Counted from the stretch's first letter, positions 1 to 11,588 are shown. The stretch: DNA of 41,199 bases from Mesotaenium endlicherianum (GCA_009602735.1 WELA01003606.1:309980-351178); one strand, 5' to 3'. Numbers and translations: made by a program. The notes: generated by a model not told the origin, from the sequence alone.

Positions 1-1669
1 ATCGACTACAAACCAGGGAAGTTGAATCCTGCTGATGCACTCTCTAGAAGACCTGACTTGAAAGAAAGGAACTTTAGTCAGCATGCTGTAGATAAAGTCC
101 TGTGTGCACTCACTTCACTAAAGGTGAAAAAGTCCTTCCTTGAACAACTTAGGAAAGCCTACCTTTCTGACCCAACATTTGAGCCCAGCCCCACTACTGG
201 TGTGTGTCATGCTACTGCACTCGGGTATAAACTTAAGGGAGGGGTCTGGGTGACTGAAACCACTTCAGGCAGGCTGAAGCTGGTCGTTCCTAATAACTTC
301 GAAATAAGGTCCCTTTTATTGAGTCAAGCACATGACAGTTTACTGGGTGGGCATTTGGGGCAGGCCAAAACTGTTGGTAAACTGGCAAAACATTATCATC
401 GGGAGGGGTTGCCCCGGGAGGTCTTGAAACATGTGAAGTCCTGTGACCAGTGTCAAAGAAATAAGTCTAGGCACACAGCACCGGGAGGTCTCTTGCAACC
501 GCTGCCCATCCCAGCGGGACGCTGGGAAACTATATCTATGGACTGGGTGGTCACACTGCCACGAACTGCTAATGGGCATGATTTGATACTGGTAGTCGTG
601 GATAAACTGACAAAAATGGTCATTTTCATCCCCACAACTGTCAAAGTAACTGCACTCGAAACAGCGAGACAATTCTACAACCATGTAGTATGCCAACATG
701 GGCTACCNNNNNNNNNNNNNNNNNNNNNNNNATGGGCTACCGTCTAATATCATCTCAGACCGAGACTCAAAATTTACCTCTAAGTTCTGGAGAGCTCTAA
801 TGGGGTTAATGGGAGTCAAACAGCTGCTCAGCACAGCAAACCACCCTCAGAATGATGGGCAGACTGAAAGAACTAACCGTGTTCTGCAGGAGGTGCTGAG
901 AGCATATATTAACTAAAAACAAGATAATTGGGATGACCTGTTGCCTCAAATTCAGTTTGCGGTCGACAGTGCGGTGCACGCGTCAACGGGCAAGACTCCT
1001 TCTGAACTCAGCCTGGGTAGAGTCTCTAAGTCTCCTTTAGATGTACTGGGGGAATCTTTAACTCACCCCAAAGGGATTGACAATCCGGTCTCCCTCCAGT
1101 TAACTCAGGATTTTGCTGACACCCTGTCAGAATTCCAACAAAACCTGCATAAAGCTCAAGAAAACCAACAAAAATACGCTAATCAACACCGTCGGGAGCT
1201 GACATTTTCTAAGGGCAATTTAGTCAAACTGCATTCTCAGCACCTGTACCTCCCTGGTGTGATCAAGAAAAAGCTTGGCCCCGTCTGGGTCGGTCCATAT
1301 TCGGTTGTACGTCGTGTCGGTCAGAATGCTTACAAACTGAACATGTCAGCGGACTACAAGGGTCACCCGGTCTTTAATGTCTCCTTCCTGGAACCATGCA
1401 TCAAAGGTGATACACTGTTTACAGGTCGATTACCTCTCCAATCGGGACTGGTCCCCGCTGTCCGGGACGGCGACCCTGAGGAAAATGAGGTCGATGAGAT
1501 TTTAGACGCTCGCTCGGTCCGTCGATCGTCTAAATATGTCATGAAGTACCTCATCCAATGGAAGGGTTACGATGCCTCTGGGGACACTTGGGAGTTTGAA
1601 GATCAGCTGACCAATGCCAAAGGGGCGTTGAAACGGTTCCACCTTCGGGCGGCTGGGGCACCGCCCTAA
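1..1669 (+). pseudogene. pol: pol C-terminus of element A (RNase H end, integrase, chromodomain), interrupted
   Basis: NPADALSR; zinc motif AHDSLLGGH...SCDQC; DDE core ISMDW/SDRD/DGQTER; chromodomain YLIQWKGY...DTWE. In-frame TAA at 914-916; N gap 708-731. Confidence 0.92.
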
Positions 1670-1696
1670 CTGTCCCTTCAATAGACATGGGAAGGT

Positions 1697-1733
1697 GACA
1701 GGAGGTCCTGTCTTCATATCAGTTGGAGGGGGA
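1697..1733 (+). other. internal hairpin + PPT-like module after pol of A
   Basis: GACAGG-aggt-CCTGTC stem (1697-1712), then AGTTGGAGGGGGA (1721-1733) followed by TGTGACA; core matches the terminal PPT; equivalent in B at 20253-20215. Confidence 0.75.
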
Positions 1734-2018
1734 TGTGACAATTAGTGACAGTTGTGACAGGCAGCCCACCTTTGAAATCAAGTTGGAGGGAGTGGTATTC
1801 TGTTTCGGGATCAGCCGAAAAATCTCTGATAACCATATTACACACTCAACCTGCGCTCAAACTCACTTTCTCCCTAACTCAATCTTTCCCATATATTCAC
1901 TCACACCAGGTATTTCACACTAGGAACTCTCCCGATCACGTTGCTCTTCATCAAGGGCACTCAGTAGCGGCAAAATATCATGACTCCACTAACTGCATTG
2001 TGTTTATGATTGAGCAGG

Positions 2019-3684
2019 ATGACTCAAAAGTTGGAACTCAAGAGGAAGAGAAGGGTGGAAGAGGCACATACAAAATACTTGCAATTCCGTGGAGACATCG
2101 AATCATCGTCCATCTCCGCTCGGGAATCACAACGACTCCAACAACAGCGGGAGGCACAGAAGAAGAAGGAGGAGGAGGAACAGGCCAGACTGAGGCAGGA
2201 AGAAATGGACAGAATAGCTGCAGAGGAGGCTAAGAAAGCAGAGGAGGAGAGGCAAGCTGAGGAGAAGCGGAAGCAGCAGGCTGAAGAAGATTAGAGGAGA
2301 ATCAGCAGCTACCGCTATACAGTACTGGGCAAGGGCTCTGATCTACTGGAGGAGGCCTTCAAGTATGCTCCAAAGAAGTCGCAGCGAGTGACGGAAGGAC
2401 ATCCTCCAGAAGGAAGGGGAGACAATCGAACACTTTGACAAGTATATAGAGGTCAGCACGGGGCTCCTCCTCTACCACGATTATGCCAGGATGGTAGGAT
2501 ATACGGTCAGGGAGGCCAAGGCGATGGCCCAGGTGAACGAAGCAGGGGCTGTATCGATTCCTGGTATCTGGGGGGAAGATAGGGTCATCAGGATGATCCC
2601 CATGGACGCGGACAGCTTTAAAGACTCTACACCCCATAACCGGTTCAAGGCCATGTATAATGAGGTGGAGAGGAGAAGCTGGGAATTCTTGGCCAGGGAA
2701 ACCAGTCAGCTAGACTTTGCAGGGCACTGGTACCCTTGTACTCTTAAAAGGACGAAACCTGCCTTCTTCCAAAAGCCCACCGATTGGCGGTGGATGACCA
2801 TCAACATGAGGGATCAGCAAAATGACAGGGCGACGGATGAGGATTTCCTGACAGACCTAAAGAGGAACATAGTATTGCCCCCTCACATTGCGGCTTGGGA
2901 CCCAAGATTGGATGGAGTCAGAGACTACATGAGCCAAGAAATGCAGGAGGACGGAAGCAGGGCCTGAGAGTCATTCTCAAAAGGGAAGCACGCTCATGCC
3001 AAATGGGCAAGCAAGCAGGGGGAAAAGGACCTGAATGCGATCCGGACTCAGCAGCCCCCACCAGCACCCCAAAGGGGAAGGTCAGTGGGATATTCTTTTT
3101 CTCGGGAAAAGCTGGAGCAGCTGACAGAATAGACCCCAGAAGTCTCAGAGCAACCCGGGGACGGAGAGGAGGAGGAGTCAGAGGAAGACAAGGAGGAAGG
3201 CGAGGAGGAGGACACTAGCCCCGCCTTGATCCTGACACCTGCCACATCCCCTGTAAGGGAGAAGACGGGGTTGGCCCTGCACCAACTCGCTGAAGAGGAG
3301 GATATCACTTGGCTGGGAATTGCCAAAGGACAGAGCCCATCCTCAGGCACGAAGAGTTAGTCAGACAGGGCAGACAGGAGGGCTGCTAGAGAAATAGCCA
3401 GAGGCCCACCGGCATCTCCCTCGCAGAGAGGGCATGTACCCTTAGCACATGTCATGCAACATCCTTCTGGGATGCCGGTATATGTACCAATCAGTTTGAG
3501 GGATGTCCAGGAGAAGGCTACCTATATTCAATCTTAGACCGTGCAGGAGGAAACAGCACAGTTACTGCGTTCTCCGCCGGGTTCTTACACGGAACGTCCC
3601 TCTCTGACAGGCTTCAGAAGACCCCAAGACAGGAGGAGGGCTGACTCCCCTGACCATAGGGCCCCAGGGGCATCTCCCTCCTAA
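2019..3684 (+). pseudogene. accessory ORF ('ORF3') of element A, unknown function, degraded
   Basis: MTQKLELKRK... charged coiled-coil, YRYTV, core MVGYT...YNEVERRSWE...PTDWRWMT...LPPHIAAWDPRL, acidic tract, C-terminal PASPSQRGHVPLAHVMQHPSGMPVYV; collinear with ORF3 of B; several stops (e.g. 2292, 3358) and frameshifts. Confidence 0.85.
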
Positions 3685-3767
3685 GGGCGAAAGGCCAAGG
3701 GCACAGCATGCTGGATGGGGGAGGGATCAATATTTTCAGTTGGGAAAACCTATGTACCCTGTGTCAG

Positions 3768-3803
3768 TGTTGTCGAGACGACAACATGTTAAGTTGGAGG
3801 GAT
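3768..3803 (+). other. terminal hairpin + polypurine tract of A
   Basis: TGTTGTCG-aga-CGACAACA perfect 8-bp stem (3768-3786), then AAGTTGGAGGGAT directly before the LTR TG. Confidence 0.9.
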
Positions 3804-4515
3804 TGTAATGAATCAATATATTGGTTGATATGATATTCATTCAAATATAACAGTTAAATTAGTTCAGTCTGCTGAACTCTAGTTAATAATCAGTCTGCTG
3901 GATTTAATATCAGTTTAACGACTCAACCAAAAGCAGCAGGCTGAAGTCAGCTTAAGTCAGCTTGCTGACACATTCTTTGACAGCCAGGTGACTTCGTACT
4001 CGGTAGCAGCGAACTGCCTCGATATGCATCTAAGTGTGTTATGCTAGATGAATGGCCAGATGACATCCCTATGATGGATGGCGATTGGGGATGATGGGAG
4101 ATGGCGGTGGATTTGGTTAATCGAGGTCCTACCAACGTGGTTAACTCCCGGGTAGGCGGTGCCATCGCACTGGCCGTTGAACAGTAAACTCATTCCATGT
4201 ACATATGCTAGGCATTGCTCTCAAGTTCGGCATTCGGAAACGAGGCCAACTCTCTTGTACAGCTTACTGAGAGAGATCTGAATCCAAGGCGAGAAGCCAT
4301 TGATACGCACTGTCTTCTAACCTTGCTTATGTATGAGTTTACTAATTGCATTATTGATGCTAGTTTACTCGTATTTGACTTACGAGTATTATTCGCTGCT
4401 AGTGTGTTGTCCTTTGCCGTTTAACCTGTTAATGGAAAATATTATAAAGATTACTTGCTGATATAAAGATCTTCATTAAATAATAAGCGCCTATTTGGTA
4501 AGTCGATTCATTTCA
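3804..4515 (+). repeat. 3' LTR of element A (712 bp)
   Basis: TGTAATGAATC...GATTCATTTCA terminal inverted repeat; reverse-complement homologue of the three minus-strand LTR copies. Confidence 0.95.
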
Positions 4516-6755
4516 CATTGAGTCACAAGTTGGCCCTTGGAAATGTTCCGCTAGGGGCCGGTAGGTTACGCGGACTAGATTGCAAATATCTCGCTCGATA
4601 CTTGACCAAATGACCCAGAGTCGGTGCCATTCGGACGATGGTTTGGCGCCCTACAATTTGGTGACTTGGAAATTTAGAAAAGGTCAACATGTAGATGCGT
4701 AAGGTCAATGCAAAGTCGGTCTTCCTAGGTTGATGGTTCACACAAGTGGAGCTCGGTTTTGTACGTCAACCTCGAGTCAATAAATAATGACTTCATGGTG
4801 AATTCAAACAATGAACGGACATTGTGGGGAGGTGATGAAATGTCATCCACGAAGCGACCTCAGACGACATCGACCAGCGACAAAATCGGAACGACTAAAT
4901 GACAAAAAACAATAAATCCATAAAAAAGGACGGAAATTTACATTGCGGCACTACGCGCGGCCAAGCAACACTAGGCAGGCCCGACACAACTCACCTTGCG
5001 TTGGCGCGCCCCCCGCTCCCCCGCTTCCCCCCAACGTCCATGGCCACGGCCCCTCGATCGCCGCTACACAGCACAAAACAACAAAAAACGAGTTCAATTG
5101 ACCATTTTGACGTACGCATCGAAAGTTTATGGTGCGCCGGTCCGGCGCACTCGGAGTTTGCATCGACCCCAACCCAGTCCGACGTGTCTGAAGGTACTCA
5201 AACGCGTCGGACAACCCAGCGTCCGACCTCAAAATTCCATGCGCAAGCAAGGACGCGCCTCTTGGCTCGCACAATTCGTTCGCGCGAGGTCGCCGTCAGT
5301 CGTGCGCAAAATGTATTGTCGTTCGGCTCGCACGCGCTCGCGAGGCGTCGCACACGATCGCGCTGAGGCAAATTTGGCCAGTTGCAGGGCCCCGCGACCG
5401 ATCGCACGCAGACCACAAATCGTTGCATGATACTGAGTCGAGTCGGTGTATTTTACATCAAATTAACAATTCCCGTGTATGACAGGCCAAAGTTCTAGTA
5501 AACCCTCAAACCTTGAAAAGGTAAGGTAAGGGCGGAAGATCAACGGACTTTAATCCACACGTAGTCGCTCACAACTTTGAAATTTTGAGACTGGAGCGGC
5601 ACGTCTGCGCTATAGATTTGTAACATTCGTTACGGTGGATCACAGGTGTCATGGGCGAGCGCCGAATTTCTCGCCCAAGACTTAGTGGGATAATGAGTTA
5701 CCCACCTCGTGAAGTTGTGAAAGATTTATGAGGCGTCCAAGATCGTCAAAATTTGTCTGTTAATTCGGACTTCTTGCCGTATTCATGAATCGTCACACTA
5801 TTGTTTTAAGTTGAGTGAAGTGGGTCGCCACACTCTAAATTTTTTCGAGACTTCTTGAGAGGTTCTTGAGAGCAGAACACCTTGACAGGGGCAAATCGGG
5901 GGTTCTCATGATCGGGATTCTGGAATCTTTTTCAAACGCGTCGTCTGATCCGCTTGAGAGCCGGTTCGAGTTTGAGATTGGGCGGCTCAAGCCCTCACGC
6001 GCTTGTGTTCTTCCCCGATCTCAAAAAATAAAATTATTCTTGAACCTTTTCTTAGAAGTCATCCACTCTCTCAAGCTTTTCCACCTCGAAATATTCTCAA
6101 ATCAATTACCTAACGCGAAACTGAAATTAAGTAGTTAGGTTCAGAAGGAATTTCGAAACGCCTTGTACCTTCCACTACATCTCACAGTTCATCTGCATCT
6201 CTTTTCGATCGACAAATGCTTCGACGATTACACATTCTGGACTGTCTCCAAACGTTCTCTAATTACTGAGCTAATATCCCACATTACAAACTCACACAAT
6301 TATCGCACACTACCATAAGCCAAATTTTCATAGATCTATATGTCGCGTCACCAACAAGTTGTTAAAGTTGGTGACATCTTGATGACCCACGTAATACCAA
6401 ACGAGGGTTTCAAAAATTAGGTTAACTTCAGATATATTGGATTGTAGATATTGTAGACATAAATTAAATATTAGGCAGGTCTGTAGCTATGGTAGGTAGA
6501 TAGTTTAATAAATAATGGAGGTATAATTGTAGGTGAGTAATACGTATTTATATAGTGTTAGCAAGTGTATACATAAACCTATAAATAAATTCTTAGGTAG
6601 GTTCAGTGTTGTTTGCAGATTACCTTGATAAATAATTTAGCGGTTCAGATTCATTTGGGCGAGAAAATTTGACGAGAAAATATTGATTTAATGCGACCGA
6701 CAGATCTTATATAGAATGCGACTCCATCAACTAAGTGGATAACTATAACGCCTCT

Positions 6756-7498
6756 TGAAAGAGGCAGAGTGCCCTAATGGAAGCGTAGTGACTCACGAGG
6801 AAAGGAACTAGTTGCAGTCATACTAAAGAGTGTAGCGGCATATCACTAAGAAAGCTTAGGAAAATTACTCAACATTTTGAGTGCAAGAAACTGCTCACAA
6901 ATGATGTAGGATGAAAGACCTTGTCATCACAAACCCGTAGAAATTTACAGAAGTGAAAACTGATGAGAAACAAAGAAGTTATGCCTATTTATAATTTTCT
7001 GCCTAACTGCTCCTCCCTAGGAGGAAGCTACGGATTTTCCTTAGTGTTCGTCAAATCGTCCCTTCCAGAATATTCGTGAGTAAGCCAGATCAGGCTAATC
7101 TAACGTGTCGGGCCGAATTGACGTCCACATACATGCATCGACATTACTAGAATATTCTATCTTAGACGCGCTAGGCTAATCCGAAACTTCTAGGTAAATC
7201 GACCTAGTTGGCACTCCGCGTCAGCCAAACTTACGTGAAGGTTTGAGTTCATTCTAACGGGCCAGATCGCTCGACGCTGTCGGTCAATCCAACGGCCGCG
7301 CTCACCGCAAATTAAGGACAGACGTCAACCGACCTCTAAACTAATTAAACTTCGAAAATCCATTACTCTCTCAATAATTGACCAAATTCAATGAACTTTA
7401 TATCAAAATGACCACACAAATGCACTCTATACTACTATACAATCAAAACATACTTTCATGAAACTCAGAAATGCACTTTACAAACCAATGACTTTACA
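6756..7498 (-). repeat. 3' LTR of element C (743 bp)
   Basis: TG...CA ends; direct repeat of 36258-36999; preceded on the minus strand by PPT GAGGAGGGGGA. Confidence 0.95.
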
Positions 7499-8774
7499 TC
7501 ATCCCCCTCCTCAAGATGCGACGTCCTCGACGCATTCTGCAGATAACGTCTCAACTTACTCTTACAATGAGTCAAGTTGGCCTCTGGCTCCCAAGTGTTG
7601 TCGTTCGCATGGTAGCCTTTCCACTTGACGAGATACTCTTGGACAAATCGTTGACCTCGCTTGACTCGTCGATCGTTGACAATCGCCTCCACTTCATACT
7701 CCAATACATCATCGATCTCGACCGGTGATGGCGGTGTAGGTAGTCGTCCTGGATGTCCTTCATTTGGGTCAACGTATGGCCGCAAACAACTGACATGGAA
7801 CACATCATGGATACGCCAGCCTGAAAGAAGTTCCAACTTGTAGGTCACTGGATTCACCTGCTTGAGCACTACAAAGGGACCTGTAAATCGTGCCCGCAGT
7901 TTCCTCTTGCCTGTGAAAGGTAGATTCTCTCTTGACAAAAGTACTTTGTCACCCACATGGTATGTCACTTCCCTCCTGTGCTTGTTGGCAAACTTGACCT
8001 GTTCCTCTTGTGCCTTCCGAATACACGTCTTCGCCATATCCCAAGTCTTGGCCATCTGCTCCATAAAAGCTTGTGTAGTAGGAACCTGAGTCTCCTTGGC
8101 CTTCTCCAACAAGATGTTCCCTGGATGATATACTTCTCTGCCATAAATCATAGCAAATGGTGACTGCTTGGTCGATCCCTGCATGCTGTTGTTGTAGGCA
8201 AACTCCAATCTTGGCAACTTCTTGTCCCACTCTGAAGGGTCCTCCATAGTGAAACTCCTGAGCACCTCTTGCAGAGTTCTGTTGAGCCTCTCACTCTGCC
8301 CGTCTGTCTGAGGGTGATAGGAAGTGCTCATACTCAGCTTGGTCCCCATCAAAGTAAACAATGACCGCCAAAAGTTGCTTGTAAACCGCGGATCCTGGTC
8401 TGAAACAATCACCTTCGGCAACCCATGTAGCCTGAAAATATGATCAAAAAATAGCCGTGCCACATCTGCTGCCGTACAAGTCTCCTTCATGGGAATGAAG
8501 TGTGCCATCTTGCTGAGCCGATCAGACACAACCCAAACTACATCGTGTCCTTGACCACTCACTGGTAAAGATGTGATAAAGTCCATAGCAATCTGCTCCC
8601 AAAAATACTCTGGAATTGGCAGGAGCTGCAATGTACCTCCCTTCTTTTGGCTTGGTGTCTTGTTTCTCTGGCACGCATCGCAACTCCTGATCCACTCCTC
8701 GATGTCCTTGTCCATATTTCTCCAATAGTACTCCCGCTTCAGCACGCTTGCCGTCTTCTCGCTTCTAAAGTCTC
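7465..8774 (-). pseudogene. pol: element C integrase + chromodomain
   Basis: SCDAC, IAMDF, SDQD, DGQSER, GPF motif, EYEVEAI...YLVKWKGY...NTWEPEANL; ORF runs through the PPT into the LTR. Confidence 0.93.
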
Positions 8775-9494
8775 TGAAATGAATCGACTTACCAAATAAG
8801 CGATTAACAATTAATAAAGATCTTCATATCAGCAAGTAATCTTTATGGTATTTTCCGTTAACTGGTTAAACGGCAAAGGACAACACACTAGCAGTGAATA
8901 ATACTCGTAAGTCAAATGCAAGTAAATCAGCATCAATAATGCAATCAATAAACTCATACATAAGCAAGGTTAGAAGACAGTGCGTATCAATGGCTTCTCC
9001 CCTTGGATTCAGATCTCTCTCAGTAAGCTGTACAAGAGAGTTGGCCTCGTTTTCGAATGCCGAACTCGAGAGCAATGCCTAGCATATGTACATAGAATGA
9101 GTTTACTGTTCAACGGCCAGTGCGATGGCACCGCCTACCCGAGAGTCAACCACGTTGGTAGGACCTCGGTTAACCAAATCCACCGCCATCTCCCATCATC
9201 CCGAATAGCCATCCATCATAGGGATGTCATCAAGCCATTCATCTAGCATATCGTACTTAGATGTATATCAAGGCAGTTCGCTGCTACCGAGTACGGAAGT
9301 CAACTGGCTGTCAAAGAATGTGTCAGCAAGCTGACTTAAAAGGACTTCAGCCTGCAGCTTTTGGCTGAGTCATTAAACTGGTATTAAATATTAAGTCCAG
9401 CAGACTGATTAATAACTAAAGTTTTGTAGGCTGAACTTAAATAACTATTATATTTAGATGAATATTATATCTATTACTATACTGATTCATTACA
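8775..9494 (-). mobile_element. solo LTR of the A/B family inserted in the integrase zinc finger of C
   Basis: Full 720-bp LTR without PBS/PPT; removing it plus 5 bp restores ...YAGH|FRSEKTASVLKREYYW; flanking 5-mers GACAT/GAGAC (minus) are a degenerate TSD. Confidence 0.9.
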
Positions 9495-10381
9495 ATGTCC
9501 AGCATATGAGCAATCATGATGCTCCGCAAGTAGTAAGTTTCGTAGCTCCTTGATGTCAGGTATCACCACTCTCTTGGAATCACCATAATACCATATGCCG
9601 TCCTTCTTATGCATACTCGAGTTGGACTCAGCTGCTCCACCGTCAGCAAATTCTTGGTCCTCTTGATAACCTCTCTGAAGCTTTTCCTTGAAGTCCATAT
9701 TCTCCTTGATGACTGAGACAATTGCAAGGTCACACCTCCTAGATAAAGCATCTGCAGGGTTGATCTTCCCAGGTAAGTACTCAATCTTGTGGTCAAACTG
9801 TTGCAGAAAGTCCATCCACTTTGCCTGTCTTGGTGTCAATGTTGGCTGCATCATAAACTTCTCCAAGCTCTTGTGGTCGATCTTGACGAACACCTTCCGG
9901 CCGTCCACATAACATCGCCAAGTCCTCAAAGCCTGGATAATAGCCAACATCACCCGCTCGTGTGCTGCATAGTTTTGCTCAGCAAGACTCAACTTCCTGC
10001 TCTCATATGCCACAGGCTGCAATCCTTTGCCTTGGTCCTGGAGAAGAATGGCTCCCACCGCAAAATTTGATGCGTCCGTGATGATGGTGAAGGAAGCTCT
10101 GGATTGGCAATTGCCAACACAGGTGCATGTGTCAACAGCTCCTTAATCTTCTCAAAAGCTTGCTGCTCCTTGTCACCCTATAGCCACTTCTCCTGCTTCT
10201 TCAACATGTTCGTGAGCGGTGCATACACCTTGGCAAATCCTTCAATGAAACGTCGGTCACAATTCCCCATGCCGAGGAAACTTCTGAGTTGATGAACATC
10301 ATCAGGTACCGTCCAATCTCTGACTGCTTGCACCTTCTTCTGCTCCACCTTGACTCCTTCAGCTCCCACTATGTGCCCAAG
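9495..10381 (-). pseudogene. pol: element C RT C-terminus and RNase H
   Basis: [40 protein letters not shown]; disrupted by stop/frameshift. Confidence 0.92.
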
Positions 10382-11127
10382 TGAAATGAATCGACTTACC
10401 AAATAAGCGATTAACAATTAATGAAGATCTTTATATCAGCAAGTAATCTTGATGGCAATTTCCGTTAACTGGTTTTCGGCAAAGGACAATACACTAGCAG
10501 TGAATAATACTCGTAAGTCAAATGCGAGTAAACTAGCATCAATAATGCAAATCAATAAACTCATACATAAGCAAGGTTAGAAGACAGTGCGTATCAATGG
10601 CTTCTCGCCTTCGATTCAGATCGCTCTCAGTAAGCTGTACAAGAGAGTTGGCCTCGTTTCCGAATGCCGAACTCGAGAGCAATGCCTAGCATATGTACAT
10701 GGAATGAGTTTACTGTTCAACGGTCAGTGCGATGGCACCGCCTACCCGGGAGTTAACCACGTTGATAGGACCTCGGTTAACCAAATCCACCGCCATCTCC
10801 CATCATCCCGAATAGCCATCCATCATAGGGATGTCATCTGGCCATTCATCTAGCGTATCGTGCTTAGGTGTATGTCAAGGCAGTTCACTGCTACCGAGTA
10901 CGGAAGTCAGCTGGCTGTAAAAGAATGGGTTAGCAAGCTGACTTATATGGACTTCAGCCTGCTGCTTCCGGCTGAGTCATTAAACTGATAACTATGTAAA
11001 GTCCAGCAGACTGACTATTAACTAAAGTCCAGCAGACTGGCTACTAACTAAAGTTCAGCAGCCTGAACTTAATTAACTATTTATATTTAAATGAATATCA
11101 TATCTACTAATATACTGATTCATTACA
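10382..11127 (-). repeat. 3' LTR of element B
   Basis: Direct repeat of 25592-26337; adjacent PPT AAGTTGGAGGGAT and hairpin TGTTGTCG-agg-CGACAACA (11145-11163). Confidence 0.97.
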
Positions 11128-11239
11128 ATCCCTCCAACTTAACTTGTTGTCGCCTCGACAACATTATACTGCAAAGTCTTAAATAAAGGAACTGACCCTG
11201 ACCAGCCTCCCCTACTGACTGTCTTTTCAGCCTGTCACC

Positions 11240-11588
11240 TTAAGGGGTTGTTCCTGGGCCTTCAGGGTCAGGAGACGGAGATCTGGACCTAGATCTGGAC
11301 AACCGTCTAGGTCTGTCAGCTGGCCTTCTAAAGAACCCTGTTTGCTCTAAAGTTGGACCTCGAGGAGAACGAAGGATGGTAGCCTGCTCTTCAACCACTT
11401 GGGAATTGATCCCCACATAGACAGGCATTCCAGTAGGATGCTGAAATACATTGGCGAGAGGTACATGCCCCTGAGCGGAGGGGGAGGCTGGCATACCTCT
11501 GGCCCACCCGCGTGTCGCTCTTCTGGCACCCCTGTCCTCTGGGGATTTCTGCCTGTGTGCTGCCCAATACAGTAAGATCAGCTTCTTC
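11240..11588 (-). pseudogene. C-terminal part of ORF3 of B (downstream of the D insertion)
   Basis: Continues in frame across the TSD (...PPAQAG|EEADLTVLG); after one frameshift reads PASPSAQGHVPLANVFQHPTGMPVYV...RPRRLSRSRSRSPSP, matching the ORF3 tail of A. Confidence 0.82.

Larger units (their letters stand above)
1..4515 (+). mobile_element. Ty3/gypsy chromovirus 'A', 3' half (pol end, accessory ORF, PPT, 3' LTR); same family as element B
   Basis: Integrase+chromodomain ORFs ~96% aa identical to pol of B (hand count, 10 differences in ~228 aa); PPT AAGTTGGAGGGAT at 3791-3803 abuts an LTR homologous to 8775-9494, 10382-11127 and 25592-26337. 5' part lies outside the window. Confidence 0.95.

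Noticed and set aside
698..741. ATGGGCTACC repeated on both sides of an N gap, shifting the pol frame
   Set aside because: Overlapping contig ends; B is continuous at this position.
1780..1800. PPT-like AAGTTGGAGGGA directly followed by GTGGTAT, resembling a PPT-PBS junction with the LTR removed
   Set aside because: Only 6 nt match the PBS, and B lacks it.
2019..3684. ORF3 as a true envelope glycoprotein
   Set aside because: No signal peptide, hydrophobic transmembrane segment or Cys-rich ectodomain visible in either copy.
10587..10853. 88-aa ORF (MRINGFSP...) present in three LTR copies
   Set aside because: Recurs only because the LTRs are similar; GTG start, stop codon in the A copy, no recognisable motif.
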